DNA from: a candidate division FCPU426 bacterium
Lineage (GTDB): Bacteria; Oederibacteriota; Muellerivitia; Muellerivitales; Muellerivitaceae
Length of the DNA: 64,000 nt
Reading direction: 5' to 3'
NCBI GenBank assembly: GCA_963830915.1
Contig: CAWHOE010000006.1
Coordinates: forward strand, 224,001-288,000
Of this stretch, positions 59,613 through 64,000 are shown piece after piece; positions within the stretch are counted from its first letter, which is position 1, and every line of letters starts with the position of its first letter. The notes below the pieces were generated by a model that was not told where the DNA came from, did no database searches, and saw only the letters and a list, made by a program, of their open reading frames with translations. The position numbers were made by a program, and so were the translations under genes.

Positions 59613-59644
59613 TGAAAACCCTTACACTTAGAAAAGCGCTTTGC
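59613..59644. promoter_or_regulatory. Tandem LacI-type operator candidates upstream of the giant GH gene
   Basis: TGAAAACCCTTACA (59613-59626) and GAAAAGCGCTTTGC (59631-59644). Confidence 0.55.
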
Positions 59645-59764
59645 TTTCACCTTCAAACATCAAGGATACCATCAAAATCAATGGAATTCAGGTTGATAAA
59701 TTCCTCTCAAATCATGGTTTTCTGTCAAATGCAGTTCATTGATCCGGGCCTGTAACACCCAAGG

Positions 59765-59804
59765 AAAAGAAAAGGGACTGCCCGTCATTGAGAGGGCAGT
59801 CCCT
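59765..59804 (-). terminator. Rho-independent terminator
   Basis: AGGGACTGCCC/GGGCAGTCCCT stem followed by TTTCTTTT on the minus strand, 10 bp after the stop. Confidence 0.88.
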
Positions 59805-59813
59805 GTTAATGGA

Positions 59814-62800
59814 TCATCGAAGTATCAACAGTTTCCCGATGGTTCGGCCCCGATAGGTCTGGACCGCCACATAATACAACCCGCTGGCCAGCGGCTTGCC
59901 CCACTTGTCCGTCAGGTTCAATGGCACATCCGTTCCATTCAGAATCTGGTGATAGGTGTTTTCTTGCACTTTCCTGAACGCGATCGTGAAGATCTTGACG
60001 TTCACATCCGAAACCCCAAAGTAAGCCGGTGGTCTTACGCGAACAGGCATTGTCCCATCTGCCGGATTGGGATAGATCACCGGCACCAACTCGGGCACGG
60101 GTGTCTGGGTCGGGGTAAGCGTTGGGGATAGGGTCGGGGTCGGACTAAGGGTCGGCGTAGAGGTCGCTTCACTCACGACGACCTGTGTTCCAGCGATGGG
60201 GAATCCAACGAAATTGACCGCTTCCCCATTCGTTCCCGCCGCTCCCGTCACGTTGAATGAATAAGACCCCACGGCGGAAGATGAGAAGGTGGCCTCGATG
60301 TCATAAACCGCTGACCCACCATTGGCCGCGATGATATCCGAGAAGTTGAATGTAGCCGTATTGCCGGAGAACGTAGCCGAGGTGATGGGCACCCCGTTCT
60401 TTAGCAACACGATCGAGCTGATGCCCGTTGACGAACTTCCCGACTCAGTAACGGTCAGGCTGGTCATGGTGAAACTATTCGGGCTTGGGTTGGTGATCTT
60501 GGGTTCATCGATGGAGACGCCCGCTGACCCGCTCAATACGGCGATGTTTGCCGGGGGCGCGGCCGGGCCCTCGCTTCCCTGACCCGTGACGGGCGTGAAA
60601 GTGGGTGTGCTGGTCCAGGTGAAGGTGGGAGTGTTGGTGAAAGTCCAGGTATTCGTGGACGTAAAGGTCAGGGTCGGCGTAAAGGTCAAGGTCGCGGTCA
60701 TTGTATCGGTATTGGTATAGGTCATGGTCGCCGTTTGGGTCGGTGTGGATGAATCTGTGGCGGTCGCGGTATTCGTGGGTGTAAAGGTAAGGGTAGGCGA
60801 AAGGGTCATGGTCGGCGTCATGGTTTGGGTAGGCGAATAGGTCTGAGTCGGAGTGTTGGTGGGTGTGGGGGAATTGGTCAAAGTCGCCGTATTCGTGGCG
60901 GTCATGGTGACCGTTGGACTGAAAGTGAGTGTCGGCGAATAGGTACTAGTGGCCGTATTGGTATAGGTAGAAGAATTAGTTGGTGAGGCTGTATAGGTCA
61001 TGGTGGGGGTGTCAGTGGCCGTCGCGGAATTCGTCGGTGTCGCCGTCAACGTGGGTGACAAGGTCAATGTCGCCGTATCGGTGATGGTCGCCGTATTCGT
61101 CGGTGTGTAGCTATACATTGGAGTGTTGGTGACCGTTGCCGTCGGGCTGGAGGTTGCGGTAGCCGTTGGGCTCGGCGTATAGGTTGCCGTTGACGTTCGG
61201 CTAGGCGTAGAAGTTGACGATGAAGTGGCTGTCATGGTGATCGTTGGAGTCGGGGTGAACGTTGGCGTATTGGAGGAACAACCGACGATGATATTGGTAG
61301 TTCCACTGAAGGAAGAATTGAAAGTCATATAAAGGACATGGTTCACAGTGTCCAATGTGGGCAGAAAATCGCATCCAGAACTGAGGACCGTCCCATTCTT
61401 CATGACACAGGGAACAGTGGTCGCGGTGTAATTAGTGAAGGCAAAGGTAGGGTTGAGCAGGGACCCGGAAGGCAAGGTCAGGGTCACATTAGCCGCGTTA
61501 GCCGCGCAGGTCACGGTCCACTGGTCCCACACCGGATTGTATCCAGCCGGGCTCCAGGCCTTGGTCAATGTCACCGCGCCAGGCCCCTGGGGCCCGGACG
61601 ACGGAATGGTGCCGACCGAGGCGGTCAAGGAAGCCCCTCCGTGGATGATCTGTTGCTCGGTGACCAGACGGGTCACGCCGACCGAACTGCGTTTATCCAG
61701 CATCATTTGCACCGAATAGCTCTGGTAGGGATATCCGACCCAACTTCCCGTGTATTCGTAGTTTTGGTAGCTGGTCTGGAACACCGCGTAAGGCATTTGC
61801 CAGGTCACCCGCTCGCCAGCGTAATTTTGGAAACTATTCATCTGGTAAAGAAGCCCGGTGGATGCCGAGGGCGGAAGGGCGGAGCCGGAAGTGGGAGGCG
61901 TGATGCCGTAACCGCCACCGCCCGGGTGCTGGGCCTGGGTCTCGGTCTGGATGAATCCGATCTCCCGGTCGGAATAACTGGGGAGTGACGCGTCGTTGTA
62001 CATGCTGCAATAAGGAATGGAAACTGGACTGTTGGCCGTATTGAAGGTATAAGCCGTGCTGGCGCTCATGGCGGTCCCTGGCGTGTCGGTAGAGATGAAC
62101 TTGTAGTCCGCGCCCATCTCAATGCCGCTAGGGGAAGTATTCACGGTGCCGCTTCCCATCCAGTCGAAATCGCAATAGGGACTGCGGGTATCGTTGGTGA
62201 AGGTGCCAGAAGGCTGGGAGGAACTATCCCAGGTCGCCGCCCAGAGGATATCATTGCGCCCATTGCGGAAGACATAATCCACTGTGCAAGCCCAGGCGCC
62301 GCGGGCATGGTCATTGGGATCGACATACATGTTGAAGGTGTACCGCATCAGCATGGCGTTGGCGCCCTGATAAACGACCTGTTTGGCGCCGTTGTAGCCT
62401 TCGGTGCGGGAATTAGCCCAGGTATAGACCCCCAAATAATCGGAGTGGTCGATGAGATGCCCCCAGCCGGAAACCGTGTCCGCCGGACCATCTTCATTGC
62501 AGGTCACGGGAGTGGACCCATCCATCCAGGCCATGCGGGTGATATAGCCCCCATTCTGGGTGCCCACGGTATTAACGTCGATTGGCTGGACCAACCAGAC
62601 CGAGCGAAGATTCCCGCTGGCGTCCGTCCATTGAACGGTGTCAGTCGCGTTATGCCCGTTGGCCGCGATTCCTTGAGTGTATTGGATAGCGGAAAGACAT
62701 CCCGCCACCGTGGTCGCGGTGGGTGTATAGGTAGGGCCGTTAAACGTAGGGGTGTAAGTGGGGGTAAGCGTCGGAGTATTGGTGGCTCCACAGTTCAACT

Positions 62801-64000
62801 GGAACGCGAAGTCATCGATATAAAGGGTGTCGTTACCAGCCGCTGTTCCACCGTCCGAGAAATTCAGCATCCAAACCGATGCGGTGTTATAGGTTCCTGA
62901 AAAAGCCGACATGGGGATGGTGACTTGCTGCCAAGTGGTCGTGATCCCTCCGGGTAAATAAGTGCTCGCGTTGACCGCGGCTGAGGTAACCCCCGCCGAA
63001 TCGACCAGTTGGAATGTGATGTTATTCAGTGTTCCTGCGCCGCTCTTCAACCACATTTGAACGCCTGTATAGGAAGTGATATTCGTGGCGTTAGCGGCGT
63101 TGAAAGCCGCCCAGTTCCAACCACCGCCCGCCCAATATCCAGAGGTCCAGACCAAGTTGATGTCCATGCTGTGGGTTGGTGAATGGGAAGTCGTGGTGGT
63201 TTCGGTGATCGTGCTACCGGTGTTGGCCCAGGTTCCGCCTGTCGCCAAATTATGGGTCTCACCATCGTAATTGATCACACTGCAAGGTACCGCTGTTGGC
63301 GTTGGGGTTCCTGTATTGGTGGAAGTGGCTGTGGCAGTGGGAAGAGTGCCGGTGGGCGTGAAAGTCGGTGTGCCGGGCGTGAATGTTTGGAAAGTGATCT
63401 CATTGCGAGTGAAGAGATAATCCATCACTTCACCCGCGGGAGCGAACCATAATTTATTGCTGGCCGCGCCCGCTCCAGGGCCATAAGTATTGTAAAGGTA
63501 GGTCAAGTGGGTCTGCAGAATGTTCGCGTTGGTGGTATAAGCCGAGGGAGAGGTAGAGCCGGAGAGGACCTGATGGAATACCTCGACGTTCCAGCAGGGT
63601 TGGGTCACGCTGGCGGCGGACGCAGTAACGGCTTGGGCGTTCAACTGGGTGACCGTCACGGGGTAGTCGTCGGCGTTACGACCGATGGTCAACGCTTGAC
63701 TGAGACTTGGGTAAGGGGGCGCGACAAAGTTCACGAACCCATCATTGTTCGGCATTCCAGTATTCCCATAATTCCCCTCGCCCGAGAGGATAAAGGTCGT
63801 TGGAAAGGTGGGCGCTCCACAGGCCATGACATCTCCGCTGTCCTCATAAGGATAGATCAAATGGCAGACGTGATAACCGATCTGGGTCACACCGCCCCAA
63901 TAGGTCATGGTCACCGGATTGAATTCCTGGACGAACCCTGGCTCGAAAGTAGAGTTGATCGTCGCCCCGAATTGGTTGTTCCCCAGTTCGGTCGCGGCGT
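59814..64000 (-). CDS. Large secreted multimodular protein (NodB-like domain, CBM, unknown ~480-aa domain, Thr/Pro stalk, Ig-like domain, C-terminal sorting domain); 5' end lies outside the window
   Basis: Frame stays open from 63914 to 64000; LIYPY, VEVFHQV and [12 protein letters not shown] parallel the deacetylase at 52318; [11 protein letters not shown]...LYIDD CBM; terminal YPNP...IGKLLILR. Confidence 0.82.
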   Translation of the reverse strand, partial: AATELGNNQFGATINSTFEPGFVQEFNPVTMTYWGGVTQIGYHVCHLIYPYEDSGDVMACGAPTFPTTFILSGEGNYGNTGMPNNDGFVNFVAPPYPSLSQALTIGRNADDYPVTVTQLNAQAVTASAASVTQPCWNVEVFHQVLSGSTSPSAYTTNANILQTHLTYLYNTYGPGAGAASNKLWFAPAGEVMDYLFTRNEITFQTFTPGTPTFTPTGTLPTATATSTNTGTPTPTAVPCSVINYDGETHNLATGGTWANTGSTITETTTTSHSPTHSMDINLVWTSGYWAGGGWNWAAFNAANATNITSYTGVQMWLKSGAGTLNNITFQLVDSAGVTSAAVNASTYLPGGITTTWQQVTIPMSAFSGTYNTASVWMLNFSDGGTAAGNDTLYIDDFAFQLNCGATNTPTLTPTYTPTFNGPTYTPTATTVAGCLSAIQYTQGIAANGHNATDTVQWTDASGNLRSVWLVQPIDVNTVGTQNGGYITRMAWMDGSTPVTCNEDGPADTVSGWGHLIDHSDYLGVYTWANSRTEGYNGAKQVVYQGANAMLMRYTFNMYVDPNDHARGAWACTVDYVFRNGRNDILWAATWDSSSQPSGTFTNDTRSPYCDFDWMGSGTVNTSPSGIEMGADYKFISTDTPGTAMSASTAYTFNTANSPVSIPYCSMYNDASLPSYSDREIGFIQTETQAQHPGGGGYGITPPTSGSALPPSASTGLLYQMNSFQNYAGERVTWQMPYAVFQTSYQNYEYTGSWVGYPYQSYSVQMMLDKRSSVGVTRLVTEQQIIHGGASLTASVGTIPSSGPQGPGAVTLTKAWSPAGYNPVWDQWTVTCAANAANVTLTLPSGSLLNPTFAFTNYTATTVPCVMKNGTVLSSGCDFLPTLDTVNHVLYMTFNSSFSGTTNIIVGCSSNTPTFTPTPTITMTATSSSTSTPSRTSTATYTPSPTATATSSPTATVTNTPMYSYTPTNTATITDTATLTLSPTLTATPTNSATATDTPTMTYTASPTNSSTYTNTATSTYSPTLTFSPTVTMTATNTATLTNSPTPTNTPTQTYSPTQTMTPTMTLSPTLTFTPTNTATATDSSTPTQTATMTYTNTDTMTATLTFTPTLTFTSTNTWTFTNTPTFTWTSTPTFTPVTGQGSEGPAAPPANIAVLSGSAGVSIDEPKITNPSPNSFTMTSLTVTESGSSSTGISSIVLLKNGVPITSATFSGNTATFNFSDIIAANGGSAVYDIEATFSSSAVGSYSFNVTGAAGTNGEAVNFVGFPIAGTQVVVSEATSTPTLSPTPTLSPTLTPTQTPVPELVPVIYPNPADGTMPVRVRPPAYFGVSDVNVKIFTIAFRKVQENTYHQILNGTDVPLNLTDKWGKPLASGLYYVAVQTYRGRTIGKLLILR

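Overview
Chromosomal window from a diderm bacterium: several outer-membrane beta-barrel-like genes, and no rRNA, tRNA, CRISPR, transposase or phage genes that I can support. Left to right: (1) an RlmD 23S rRNA methyltransferase reading without a stop into a long linker, a TM helix and an exported domain that runs off the left edge; (2) a LacI regulator, suhB, a DUF62 protein, PilZ, ferredoxin, sfsA and an NHL lipoprotein; (3) a PilS/PilR-like sigma54 two-component system upstream of two near-identical type IV pilins, preceded by a structured 53-bp tandem repeat; (4) an unknown membrane/metal-binding operon; (5) a YceI-porin-SRPBCC operon behind a perfect class II CRP-type site; (6) dinB, an RNB nuclease and a DUF4139 / ECF sigma / anti-sigma locus with twin divergent ECF promoters; (7) a LemA-PEBP-nucleotidyltransferase-TPM-macrodomain cluster; (8) heme A/O and Sco maturation genes with no oxidase structural genes, next to a Rieske/cytochrome b6 complex with an octaheme cytochrome c; (9) a polysaccharide-degradation block with two giant Thr/Pro-stalked enzymes sharing a T9SS-like C-terminal signal. 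Four genes are split by single-base homopolymer indels, most likely long-read assembly errors. All family calls come from motif recognition by eye; no database searches were run.
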